From Nautiliaceae bacterium (GTDB lineage Bacteria > Campylobacterota > Campylobacteria > Campylobacterales > Nautiliaceae), in contig JBDONT010000032.1 of assembly GCA_039831155.1 (NCBI GenBank), positions 1-43,502 of the forward strand: 43,502 nucleotides of DNA, written 5' to 3'. The notes under the pieces are model-generated. The model worked only from the letters and a program-made list of their open reading frames with translations, was not told the DNA's origin and made no database searches. Positions 29,725-39,136 of the stretch are shown here, in pieces. Each line of letters opens with the position of its first letter. Position 1 is the stretch's first letter. The translations under genes were made by a program, and so were the position numbers.

Positions 29725-31110
29725 ATGATAAAAGTAGCGATTTTAGGAAAACCGAATGTTGGGAAGAGTTCTCTTTTTAATAGAATTTTAAGAGAGCGTG
29801 ATGCTATTGTTAGTGAAAGAGCCGGAACTACAAGAGATATAAAAAAAAGAGAAGTGAATTTGGATGATGATTTAGAAGAGATTGTTTTGCTGGATACCGG
29901 TGGGCTTGAAGAGAGGGATGAGCTTTTTGATAAAGTAAAAGAAAAAGCCTTAAAAGTTGCAAAAGAAGCCGATATTATTCTTTATATGGTTGACGGGAAA
30001 ACTCTTCCGGATGAGGAGGAGATTAAGTATTTTAGAAGTTTGCAAAAGCTTAATAAACATCTGATTTTGGTTGTTAATAAAATAGACAACGATAAAATGA
30101 TGGAAAAGGTTTATGATTTTTATGAGCTTGGTGCTGATGAAGTGTTTCCTATTTCCGTATCTCATAACAGAGGAGTAGGAAAGCTTATAGAGAGAATTAA
30201 AGAGTTTGTTCCGAAAAAACAGACTTTTGAAGTGAGTGAGTTTGAACAGGAAATTCCACTTGAAGACCTTTTAACGGCTCAAGAGGGTGAAAGTGAAAAT
30301 TTAGAAGAACTTAAAGAGATAAAAGTTGCGATTGTAGGACGTGTAAATGTGGGTAAAAGTTCTCTTTTAAACGCTCTTGTCGGAGAAGATAGGGTAATTG
30401 TAAGCGATGTTGACGGTACTACCATTGACCCTATTGATGAGAGTATTTATTATGAGGGGTGGAATATTACCTTTGTGGATACGGCAGGAATTAGAAGAAG
30501 AAGTAAAATAAAAGATATAGAAAAATATGCTCTTTTAAGAACTGAAAAAGTATTGGAAGAAGCCGATATAGCGATACTTGTACTTGATGCAAAAGAAGGT
30601 ATAGTAGAACTTGACGAAAAAATAGGTGGCCTTATAGACAAACATAAAAACGGGGTTATTATCGTTGCTAATAAATGGGATGAAAATAAAGAGGAGTTTC
30701 ATAAGTTTAGAAAAGAGGTTTATTATAGATTTAAATATTTGGATTTTGCTCCATTTTTAGCAGTAAGTGCTAAGACGGGTAGAAATATAGATAAACTGAA
30801 AAAAGAGATTATTAAAGTTTATCAAAACTATTCAAAAAGAATACCGACTTCCGTATTAAACGAATGGATAAAAGAAGCTACAATTAGACATCATATTCCA
30901 ACGGATATCGGGGGTAAAGAGGTTAAAATTTATTATGCTACTCAATTTAAAACAAAACCTCCTACCATTGTCCTTATTATGAATAGAAACAAATTGCATT
31001 TTTCTTATAAGAGATATTTGGTAAACTTCTTAAGACAAAAAGATGATTTTACAGGTACGCCTATAGTATTTGTACCAAGAAAAAAAGGAGAAAAACATGA
31101 AGAAACTTAG
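29725..31110 (+). CDS. der: Ribosome biogenesis GTPase Der (EngA)
   Basis: Two G domains (GKPNVGKS, GRVNVGKS) and a KH-like C-terminus. Confidence 0.97.
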   Translation: MIKVAILGKPNVGKSSLFNRILRERDAIVSERAGTTRDIKKREVNLDDDLEEIVLLDTGGLEERDELFDKVKEKALKVAKEADIILYMVDGKTLPDEEEIKYFRSLQKLNKHLILVVNKIDNDKMMEKVYDFYELGADEVFPISVSHNRGVGKLIERIKEFVPKKQTFEVSEFEQEIPLEDLLTAQEGESENLEELKEIKVAIVGRVNVGKSSLLNALVGEDRVIVSDVDGTTIDPIDESIYYEGWNITFVDTAGIRRRSKIKDIEKYALLRTEKVLEEADIAILVLDAKEGIVELDEKIGGLIDKHKNGVIIVANKWDENKEEFHKFRKEVYYRFKYLDFAPFLAVSAKTGRNIDKLKKEIIKVYQNYSKRIPTSVLNEWIKEATIRHHIPTDIGGKEVKIYYATQFKTKPPTIVLIMNRNKLHFSYKRYLVNFLRQKDDFTGTPIVFVPRKKGEKHEET

Positions 31111-31894
31111 TATAGCTTTAATTACGGCAGGTTTAGTTAGTTTTGCGAGTGCGGATTTACTTAGTGTAAGTGCCGGTGTTGGATATTGGAAAGAGGGAAT
31201 TAGCGGTTATGTAAAAAAAGATAGTACGATTAACTATTTCGGGACTATTTCGAATTATGGTGGTAATACCGGGTATTTAGGTTTAAAAGACGAGACTCAT
31301 CCTTATGCATGGATTAAATTTATTCATCCTATTCCTTTTATTCCTAACGTAAAGTTGCAATATACGAAATATGATACATCAGGGCATAGTAATTATATTG
31401 CAGGAAATGTTAAAATCGGGGATGTAAATATTAATACGGCTTTAGTAAACGCTGATACAACTCAAACTATTAAATCATATGATGCTACGTTTTTTTATGA
31501 GTTTAAACCGGTTGTTGCTGATATAGAGGCTGGATTTGGTGTGGATTACTGGAAGGGATATACTAAAATTTACGGTACTTCTCAATTAACCGGGCAAACT
31601 AAAGCATGGGTGGATAATAATTGGGAAGTGATTTTACCTTATCTATACGCTCATATTGAAACAATGAAGTTTTTCGGAGTTTCAGCTATTGCGAATGTAA
31701 AATGGGCAAAAGCCGGGGAAAATCATCATTATGATTATACGGGTGCTATTAAATATACAATTGATGTACCGGGACCTGTTAATCCTTTTGTAAAAGTTGG
31801 ATATAGATATAAAGAAGTTTACGGAGAAAGCGACGGTACTTCAACGCTTCTTAAATATAAAGGTGCATTTTTGGAATTGGGAGCTAAATTTTGA
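31097..31894 (+). CDS. Outer-membrane beta-barrel protein (TIGR04219-like)
   Basis: Signal peptide MKKLSIALITAGLVSFASA, HPIPFIPN motif, aromatic-rich strands and C-terminal Phe; ATG at 31097 after GGAG. Confidence 0.8.
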   Translation: MKKLSIALITAGLVSFASADLLSVSAGVGYWKEGISGYVKKDSTINYFGTISNYGGNTGYLGLKDETHPYAWIKFIHPIPFIPNVKLQYTKYDTSGHSNYIAGNVKIGDVNINTALVNADTTQTIKSYDATFFYEFKPVVADIEAGFGVDYWKGYTKIYGTSQLTGQTKAWVDNNWEVILPYLYAHIETMKFFGVSAIANVKWAKAGENHHYDYTGAIKYTIDVPGPVNPFVKVGYRYKEVYGESDGTSTLLKYKGAFLELGAKF

Positions 31895-32859
31895 GAGTAG
31901 TTAGTGGAATGAGGCCAACGGGTAATTTACACCTTGGCCATTATTTGGGAGTTATTAAAAATTGGTTAAATTTAGAGGAAAATTACGATACTTTTTTCTT
32001 TGTAGCAGATTGGCACGCTTTGTCTACTAAATATGATGAAGGGCTTGATTTAAGAAAACAGAGTATCGAACTTGTAAAAGAGTGGCTGGCGTGTGGAATC
32101 GACCCTAATAAATCCACTATTTTTATTCAAAGCGATATAAAAGCACACGCGGAGCTTTATCTTATTTTGAATATGATAACACCGGTTAGCTGGCTTGAGA
32201 GAAACCCTACTTATAAAGACGCAATGACTCAAGAGGAGTATAAGGAAAAAAACAATGCCGGATTTTTAACTTATCCGGTGCTTCAAACGGCGGATATTAT
32301 TTTATATGATGCGGACTTGGTGCCGATTGGAGAAGACCAAAGACCTCATTTGGAACTTGCAAGGGAAATTGTAAGAAGATTTCATCATCTTTTTAAAAAA
32401 GAGATTTTCACAGAGCCTAAGGAGCTTTTGACTGAAACTGCAAGGCTTCAGGGACTTGATGGTAGAAAGATGAGTAAAAGTTACAATAACGCTATTTATC
32501 TTTGTGACAGTGCTGAAGAGATTTGGCAAAAAGTCCGTAAAGCGAAAACAGACCCGGCAAGAATTAAAAAAACAGACCCGGGGCATCCGGAAGTTTGTAT
32601 AGTGTTTGAATATCATAAGGCGTTTTCAAGTGAAGATGAAGTAAAAGAGATTGAAAATGCTTGTAGAGCCGGAAATATAGGATGTGTGGAGTGTAAAAAA
32701 AGATGTGCCGCAAATATAGAAAAAGTAATAGGTCCTATTAGGGAGAAAAAAGAGTCTTTAAAAGATGATGAGATTTTGGATATAATAGAAACAGGTAAAG
32801 CAAAAGCAAAAGAGATTGCTTTTAAAAAGATGGAAGAAGTTAATAAACTAATTTTTTAA
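31891..32859 (+). CDS. trpS: Tryptophan--tRNA ligase
   Basis: SGMRPTG-LHLGH, YPVLQTADI and KMSKS motifs. Confidence 0.97.
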   Translation: MRVVSGMRPTGNLHLGHYLGVIKNWLNLEENYDTFFFVADWHALSTKYDEGLDLRKQSIELVKEWLACGIDPNKSTIFIQSDIKAHAELYLILNMITPVSWLERNPTYKDAMTQEEYKEKNNAGFLTYPVLQTADIILYDADLVPIGEDQRPHLELAREIVRRFHHLFKKEIFTEPKELLTETARLQGLDGRKMSKSYNNAIYLCDSAEEIWQKVRKAKTDPARIKKTDPGHPEVCIVFEYHKAFSSEDEVKEIENACRAGNIGCVECKKRCAANIEKVIGPIREKKESLKDDEILDIIETGKAKAKEIAFKKMEEVNKLIF

Positions 32860-32868
32860 AGGAGTAAA

Positions 32869-33102
32869 ATGAAGTCTAAGAAGTTTTTATGTGCAGAGAG
32901 ACTGCAGAGATTTTTAATGTCGTTTATGATGATAATTATATTAGCTCTTTTGGCTAAAGGAATGTCTACGATTGCTTTAGGATTGTTAGCGTTTGTGTCT
33001 ATTATGTTGTTTATTTACGGGGTGTTTGATTTTTGCCCTAGTACGTGGATGCTTACGAAAATATTCGGTAGTTGTTATTGCGAATGTAAAGAGGAGGAGT
33101 AA
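32869..33102 (+). CDS. Small membrane protein, DUF2892/YgaP-like
   Basis: ERLQR, two TMs, G-FDFCP motif, Cys-rich tail; AGGAG RBS. Confidence 0.6.
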   Translation: MKSKKFLCAERLQRFLMSFMMIIILALLAKGMSTIALGLLAFVSIMLFIYGVFDFCPSTWMLTKIFGSCYCECKEEE

Positions 33103-34091
33103 TGGGAAGTATCAGTTATAAAGACGCTGGTGTTGATATTGATGCCGGAAATAGTTTAGTAGAAAAAATCAAACCTTATGTAAAAGAGACTTTTAATTCA
33201 AATGTAGTAGGTGGAATAGGTAGTTTTGCCGGTGCTTTTAGAATGCCTAGTGGCTATAAAAAACCGGTTCTTTTAAGTGCAACGGATGGGGTTGGGACTA
33301 AACTTAAACTTGCAATTGATGCAAAAAAATATGATACGGTCGGTATAGATTTGGTTGCAATGTGTGTAAATGATTTAATTTGTAATTTTGGAGAGCCTCT
33401 TTTTTTCCTTGATTATTATGCAACCGGTAAACTTGATGTAGAGGCAGCAGCTCAAACTGTTAAAGGAATTGCAGAAGGTTGTAAACAGGCCGAATGTGCC
33501 CTAATAGGTGGAGAAACGGCTGAAATGCCTGGGATGTACAGTGAAGAGGATTTTGATTTAGCCGGATTTGCAGTGGGAGTTGCAGAAGAGGATGAACTTA
33601 ATCCTAAAGTAAAAGATGGTGATATTTTACTTGCACTTCCAAGCAGTGGTATTCATTCAAACGGATATTCACTTGTTAGAAAGTTGTTTTTTGAGAAGTT
33701 GAATATGAAATTTGACGATGATTTTAACGGTAAACCTTTAATCGAAACGTTGCTTACTCCAACTAGAATTTATGTAAAAGAGTTTAAAAAGTTTAAAGAT
33801 AAAATTAATGCTTTGGCTCATATTACCGGTGGCGGAATAGTGGAAAACCTTCCAAGAGTATTGCCGGATGATTTAGAAGCTGTCGTTTATAAAGATAAAA
33901 TAAAAGTGCTTCCGATTTTTGAATTTATGAAACAGTATGTGGATGAGTCGGAAATGTATAGAACGTTTAATATGGGTGTAGGGTTGGTGTTGGCAGTTGA
34001 TGAAAAAAATTTAGATTATATTCTTTCAAATTCCGATGCTTATGTAATAGGAGAAATTAAAAAAGGTAAAAAAGGAGTAAACTTAAAATGA
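33102..34091 (+). CDS. purM: Phosphoribosylaminoimidazole synthetase
   Basis: YKDAGVDI, TDGVGTK, GGETAEMP, HSNGYS and FNMG motifs. Confidence 0.97.
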   Translation: MGSISYKDAGVDIDAGNSLVEKIKPYVKETFNSNVVGGIGSFAGAFRMPSGYKKPVLLSATDGVGTKLKLAIDAKKYDTVGIDLVAMCVNDLICNFGEPLFFLDYYATGKLDVEAAAQTVKGIAEGCKQAECALIGGETAEMPGMYSEEDFDLAGFAVGVAEEDELNPKVKDGDILLALPSSGIHSNGYSLVRKLFFEKLNMKFDDDFNGKPLIETLLTPTRIYVKEFKKFKDKINALAHITGGGIVENLPRVLPDDLEAVVYKDKIKVLPIFEFMKQYVDESEMYRTFNMGVGLVLAVDEKNLDYILSNSDAYVIGEIKKGKKGVNLK

Positions 34092-34876
34092 GCCCCTCCC
34101 GTTTGCTCTCTAAAATTGTTGTAAAAATCGCTACTACAAAGTTTCCTAAGTTTATTCAGTGTTTTATCAATAAAACTTACGTACAGATTTTTGATATCGA
34201 TATGGAGAATTTCATACCTGAAGATCCGTGTGGATATAAAACGTTAAATGAGCTTTTTATCCGTCATAAAAAATATGTAGAGTTTTATGAAGATGAGGAT
34301 ATAGTTGTAAGTCCGAGCGATTCTTTGGTTATTGCTCACGATGAGATAGAAGATGATTATGTGTATCAGATAAAAGGTAAAAAATATAAAATAAACGAGC
34401 TTATACCTTATGAAACAAAACTAAACGGAGGACATTTTATAAATCTTTATTTATCACCTAGGGATTATCACCGTTTTCACGCTCCTATAGATATGGAGAT
34501 TGTAAAAGCGACTTATATCCCTGGTACTCTTATGCCGGTTAAACCCTCCCAGCTTGAAAAAGAACTTGTATTTCCTAAAAACAAAAGAGTTGTTTTAAGA
34601 TGCAAGGATAAAAAAGAGAGATATTTCTATTTTGTAGCCGTAGGAGCTATGATAGTCGGGAAAATTCATTTTAATTTTGATGAAAGACTTCAAAGAGATT
34701 ATGATGAAATTACGACTTTTGAGTATGAAACTTCTATTAAAATAAAAAAAGGTGATGAATTAGGAAGATTTGAGTTTGGAAGTTCTATTCTTCTTTTCTT
34801 TGGACCGGATCATTTTAAATATTTAAATCAGCAAGATTACGTGGAAGTGGGAGATATTTTAGGTGAGATTTTTTAA
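34088..34876 (+). CDS. psd: Phosphatidylserine decarboxylase, E. coli type
   Basis: SPSD, YLSPRDYHRFHAP, VGAMIVG and FEFGSS cleavage motif. Confidence 0.9.
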   Translation: MSPSRLLSKIVVKIATTKFPKFIQCFINKTYVQIFDIDMENFIPEDPCGYKTLNELFIRHKKYVEFYEDEDIVVSPSDSLVIAHDEIEDDYVYQIKGKKYKINELIPYETKLNGGHFINLYLSPRDYHRFHAPIDMEIVKATYIPGTLMPVKPSQLEKELVFPKNKRVVLRCKDKKERYFYFVAVGAMIVGKIHFNFDERLQRDYDEITTFEYETSIKIKKGDELGRFEFGSSILLFFGPDHFKYLNQQDYVEVGDILGEIF

Positions 34877-35402
34877 ACTTCTTTTTATTCCTCTTTTTCT
34901 TTTTGCCGTAAATAATCAAAAACTTTTGGATTGTTATGAGATTTTTGACCAAAAAAAAGCGGAACTTGAAGCCGAAGCCGAAAAGATTTTGGAACAAAAA
35001 GAGGCTTTTGAAGCTTTGAAAAACACTTATATGGTTTTGATGAAGAAAAAAGAGAAACGTTTAAAAGAAAAGGAAAAAGAATTAAACGCAACTCTTACTA
35101 AAATAGAAAATGAAAAGAAAAATCTTCAAGAGTTGATTAAAAAATATCAAGAAACATTGCAGGCTATTAAAAACGCTAAGCTTGATAAAATTACTAAAAG
35201 TTACGCAAAAATGAGACCCAATAATGCGGCTCAAATTTTATCTAATATGAAACCAAAAGACGCACTTGAGATTTTACAAAAACTTCAACCTAAAGTTATG
35301 GCGAAAATTTTAGCTAAAATGGACCCTATAAAGGCTGCGAAATTAACGGAACTTATGCAAAAAGGTGATAATAATGAGAGCACAGATATTCCTAAGCGTT
35401 AA
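34863..35402 (+). CDS. Periplasmic coiled-coil plus MgtE_N/MotE-like protein (Cj1496c-like)
   Basis: Signal peptide, coiled coil and YAKMRPNNAAQIL...KILAKMDP repeats. Confidence 0.75.
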   Translation: MRFFKLLFIPLFLFAVNNQKLLDCYEIFDQKKAELEAEAEKILEQKEAFEALKNTYMVLMKKKEKRLKEKEKELNATLTKIENEKKNLQELIKKYQETLQAIKNAKLDKITKSYAKMRPNNAAQILSNMKPKDALEILQKLQPKVMAKILAKMDPIKAAKLTELMQKGDNNESTDIPKR

Positions 35403-36084
35403 CGGCGTTAAGCATTTAATCGCCAAAGCTTTAACCGAATATATCGATTTTTCGAAAAGGGTTTATATAGCGTATGGTTCTACAAATGAGTATCTTCTTT
35501 ATCATCTAGGAGTTAAAATAGATAAATCCTATATGGCCGGATGTAATGTAAACTGCAGTTTTAATGTAACTAAAGATAGAAACAGACCTATTGTTTTGCA
35601 AAATTTTAAGCTAATCGATATCAAAGATTTTGAAATATCAAAAGATGATGTTTTTATAAAAGGGGCTAATGCCCTGTGGTATGAAAACGGAAAAAAACAA
35701 ACAGCAGTTGCTGCAGCTGATAAAAACGGAGGAACTTTTGGTAATTTTTATGTAAAAGCTATTTGCAGAGGGGCTAAAGTAATTATTCCCGTTTCTCACG
35801 AAAAACTTATTCCCTATTTTGTTGAAACCTCTCAAAATGTTGATTTTTCAACCGGCAGTAAAATAGCTATGCTTAGACTTTTTAGTGGAGAAGTATTTAG
35901 TGAGATAGAGGCTTTTGAGGTTTTATTTGGTTTAAAAGCGGAAATAATTTTAGCCGGAGGATTAAATGAGTCTCAAGGGGGAATAGGATTTTTGGTAGAG
36001 GGTAAAAGAGTAAAAGAAGCATTGGAGTTTGCTAATAGATATAATAAAATGGATGTTTTAAAAAAGGCCGAGTTTATTTATTAG
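35374..36084 (+). CDS. Conserved hypothetical protein (possible NagB/RpiA/CoA-transferase-like fold)
   Basis: K-LIAKA, GSTN, IKGANAL, GGT and IIPVSHEKLIP motifs; ATG at 35374. Confidence 0.7.
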   Translation: MRAQIFLSVNGVKHLIAKALTEYIDFSKRVYIAYGSTNEYLLYHLGVKIDKSYMAGCNVNCSFNVTKDRNRPIVLQNFKLIDIKDFEISKDDVFIKGANALWYENGKKQTAVAAADKNGGTFGNFYVKAICRGAKVIIPVSHEKLIPYFVETSQNVDFSTGSKIAMLRLFSGEVFSEIEAFEVLFGLKAEIILAGGLNESQGGIGFLVEGKRVKEALEFANRYNKMDVLKKAEFIY

Positions 36085-36154
36085 TTCGATTTGAATTTAT
36101 AAAATCTGCTTTTTTTTGGTAGAATTTCTTAAAAATAATCATAGAAGGTTTAGT

Positions 36155-36712
36155 ATGCTTATAAAAGAAGCTCAAGTGCCTTTCCTTGCCAGAAAAATAA
36201 GTATCGATTTGTTAAATAGTGGATATGTTACTTTTCCTAAAGGCATCGATAACGCCACAAAAGAGATAGAAGAGATTATTGCCGATGATGTTGCGTGGGA
36301 GAGGGAAATAGAGGAGAAAGCCAGAGAAATTTTGGCAAAACAGGAAGAGGAAAACGAATTTTTATTTTATGATGTAGATAGACGCGAAGTGTTTAAGTTA
36401 ATTAAGAAAAAAATCGCCGAGGAAGAGGGATTTAATTTAAAAAAAGACGATAGAATCGACGATTTGTCTCACTTTTTGGTAAAAGAGTTGTGGGATAAGG
36501 AACTTATTGATTATGATGTGAGAGACGGAAAGATTAAAAATATTATTTTTAAATCCATTATGGAGTTTTTAAATAGAGAAATTGAAGCAAGAGATGCAGT
36601 TTATAAAAAGATTGAGAATTACAAACGTCCTTTGATTCCCGGAACTGAAGAGTTTGAACTTGTTTTTCAAAGACTTTATGAGCAAGAACTTAGAAAAAGA
36701 GGACTTATTTAA
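36155..36712 (+). CDS. DUF507-family protein
   Basis: Acidic helical protein ending PGTEEFELVFQRLYEQELRKRG; TGgTAGAAT promoter at 36117-36125. Confidence 0.75.
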   Translation: MLIKEAQVPFLARKISIDLLNSGYVTFPKGIDNATKEIEEIIADDVAWEREIEEKAREILAKQEEENEFLFYDVDRREVFKLIKKKIAEEEGFNLKKDDRIDDLSHFLVKELWDKELIDYDVRDGKIKNIIFKSIMEFLNREIEARDAVYKKIENYKRPLIPGTEEFELVFQRLYEQELRKRGLI

Positions 36713-36722
36713 AAGGATTGAA

Positions 36723-37844
36723 ATGAAAATTAGTATTCTTTTGGCAAACGGAGAATTTTTTGAAGCTAAAGGTTTTGGGGCTGGTGGTACGGCGGTTGGG
36801 GAGATAGTTTTTAATACTTCTATGACCGGTTATCAGGAGATTATTACCGACCCTAGTTATGCCGGGCAGTTTGTAGTCTTTACAATGCCAGAAATTGGAA
36901 ACGTAGGTGTAAATAAAGACGATATGGAAAGTAAAAAAGCGTGGCTTAAAGGTGTGATAGTAAGAGAATATGTTGATAATTATTCTAATTTTAGAGGCGA
37001 AAAGTCTTTAGGGGAGTTTTTAAAAGAAGAGGGAATTTTAGGAATTAGTGAAATAGATACAAGATATTTAACCAAGCTTATAAGAAAAGAAGGTGCTATG
37101 ATGATGATAGCATCTAGTGAAATTCACGATAAAAATGAACTTAAAAAGATTTTAGACTCTACTCCTACCATTCAAGAGATTGATTATATAAAAGAAGTGA
37201 CTACACAAAAAGAGTATATTCATCCAAGCGGTGCTTGGAATGATAAGAATATGAGTTATAATTCTAAAAATACCGATAAAAAAATAGTGGTTTATGACTT
37301 TGGAGTTAAAAGAAATATTTTAAACGAGCTTACCGAAGCCGGGATGGAGTGTATTGTAGTTCCTGCTTCAACTCCGGTTGAAGAGGTAATAAAAAGATAT
37401 CAAAACGGTGAAATTCAAGGGGTGTTTTTAAGTAACGGTCCCGGAGACCCTCTTATTTTAAAAGATGTTCACGAAAAAATAAAAAAACTGCTTGAAGCAA
37501 AAGTTCCGATGTTCGGTATTTGTCTTGGACATCAGCTATTAAGCATAGCTCACGGATATCCTACTTTTAAACTTAAATTCGGACATCATGGAGGAAACCA
37601 TCCGGTTAAAAACTTTATAGGTAAATATCCGGAAGTTGAAATAACGGCTCAAAACCATAACTACAATGTACCGGAAGATATTGAAGAAATTGCCGAAGTT
37701 ACGCATAAAAACCTTTTTGACGGAACAATTGAAGGCGTTAAATACAAACACGAAAAAGTTTTTTCAGTGCAACATCATCCGGAAGCAAGCCCGGGGCCTA
37801 GGGATTCTAAGTATATCTTTAAACAATTTTATGAAATGATTTAA
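36723..37844 (+). CDS. carA: Carbamoyl-phosphate synthase small subunit
   Basis: GEIVFNTSMTGYQE, SNGPGDP, GICLGHQ and QHHPEASPGP; ATG at 36723 after AAGGA. Confidence 0.97.
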   Translation: MKISILLANGEFFEAKGFGAGGTAVGEIVFNTSMTGYQEIITDPSYAGQFVVFTMPEIGNVGVNKDDMESKKAWLKGVIVREYVDNYSNFRGEKSLGEFLKEEGILGISEIDTRYLTKLIRKEGAMMMIASSEIHDKNELKKILDSTPTIQEIDYIKEVTTQKEYIHPSGAWNDKNMSYNSKNTDKKIVVYDFGVKRNILNELTEAGMECIVVPASTPVEEVIKRYQNGEIQGVFLSNGPGDPLILKDVHEKIKKLLEAKVPMFGICLGHQLLSIAHGYPTFKLKFGHHGGNHPVKNFIGKYPEVEITAQNHNYNVPEDIEEIAEVTHKNLFDGTIEGVKYKHEKVFSVQHHPEASPGPRDSKYIFKQFYEMI

Positions 37845-37845
37845 A

Positions 37846-38025
37846 ATGAAGTCAGAGATTCTAAACAAACTGTTGTTTGGAATTTTTGAGCTTTTTATTT
37901 TGTTTGTGGCTGTTTTTGTATTAGTCACTACGTTTTTATCTTCTCCTCTTTTTTCTTTTATTCTCTTTTTGTTTTTAATTTATTTTGCTTACTATTTGGC
38001 ACTTAAGTATTTTTTAAAAGAGTGA
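37846..38025 (+). CDS. Small (59-aa) two-TM membrane protein, absent from the ORF track
   Basis: MKSEILNKLLFGIFELFILFVAVFVLVTTFLSSPLFSFILFLFLIYFAYYLALKYFLKE; fills the carA-uppP gap exactly. Confidence 0.65.
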   Translation: MKSEILNKLLFGIFELFILFVAVFVLVTTFLSSPLFSFILFLFLIYFAYYLALKYFLKE

Positions 38026-38026
38026 A

Positions 38027-38806
38027 TCAAATCACTCCTTTTTGAATTAGATAAAGTAAAAGAATTCCAAAAACTATTCTGTAAATTCCGAATGCGTTTA
38101 GGGTAAATTTTTGGACGAATTTTAAAAAGAGTTTGACTGCTATGTAGCTTGAAATGAAACTTATAATAAATCCGACGGCTAAGAGTGTTAAATTTTGGTT
38201 TGAAAAAGAGTGAATTTTTGTAAGCAGTTCATATCCACTTGCGGCAAACATTGTAGGAATTGCAAGTAAAAAACTAAAATCGGCAGCCGTTTTTCTGCTA
38301 AGACCACTTAACATTCCTCCTACAATTGTAGCTCCACTTCTACTCGTTCCGGGAATTAGTGCAAACACCTGAAAAAATCCGATAATTAAAGCCTGTTTAA
38401 AAGTTACTTTTTCCACGTCGTTTATTCTTGGATTTTCTTTTTTATAAAGCCACTCTACAATAAAGAATACAATTCCACCTATAATAAACATATAAGCTAC
38501 GGTTTTTATGTTGAAAAGTTCTTTTATCTGATGTCTTAAAAGAAAACCTATTACGGCCAAGGGTAAAAAAGCGATTATTACTTTTTGCCAGAGTTTTATC
38601 TTTTTTAGATTGATTTTATCCAGATAGATTAAAACTATTGCAAGAGTTGCCCCAAGCTGGATGATTACTTCAAACGCCACGTTTTGAAGGGTTTGTTTAA
38701 GTCCTAAAAGAGTTGAAACTATTATCATATGGGCTGTTGAGGATATAGGTAGAAATTCGGTTATACCTTCTACTATTCCAAGAACAATACTATCTATTAT
38801 TGTCAT
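38027..38806 (-). CDS. uppP: Undecaprenyl-diphosphate phosphatase
   Basis: [14 protein letters not shown] and PGTSRSG motifs. Confidence 0.96.
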   Translation of the reverse strand: MTIIDSIVLGIVEGITEFLPISSTAHMIIVSTLLGLKQTLQNVAFEVIIQLGATLAIVLIYLDKINLKKIKLWQKVIIAFLPLAVIGFLLRHQIKELFNIKTVAYMFIIGGIVFFIVEWLYKKENPRINDVEKVTFKQALIIGFFQVFALIPGTSRSGATIVGGMLSGLSRKTAADFSFLLAIPTMFAASGYELLTKIHSFSNQNLTLLAVGFIISFISSYIAVKLFLKFVQKFTLNAFGIYRIVFGILLLYLIQKGVI

Positions 38807-38848
38807 AAGCTCCCTTTTTTTATAAAATTGTATCTAAAAAGGGTGCAA

Positions 38849-39136
38849 ATGAGAGGTAAATATTTAGTGGGATTGGGATTGATGTTTTTAATAGGATGCA
38901 GTAGCCAAGTAAATACTACTCAAAAAAGTGTGACAAACAGTGTAAAAGAGACTCTTTTGGATAAATGTAAAAGAGAAAAACTGGCGTGTGAGGCTAAATG
39001 TAAGATTGAGTATTTAACTAAAGAGTGGAAATATAAACTTTGTATTTCAAAGTGTTATACTCTTTACGGGGCGTGTAAAACCGGAAAAGTAATAAAAAAA
39101 GGGTATGAAAAGACAAAAGAGCTTATTAATAAGTAG
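38849..39136 (+). CDS. Small Cys-rich lipoprotein
   Basis: MRGK, hydrophobic core, LIGC lipobox; six further cysteines. Confidence 0.7.
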   Translation: MRGKYLVGLGLMFLIGCSSQVNTTQKSVTNSVKETLLDKCKREKLACEAKCKIEYLTKEWKYKLCISKCYTLYGACKTGKVIKKGYEKTKELINK

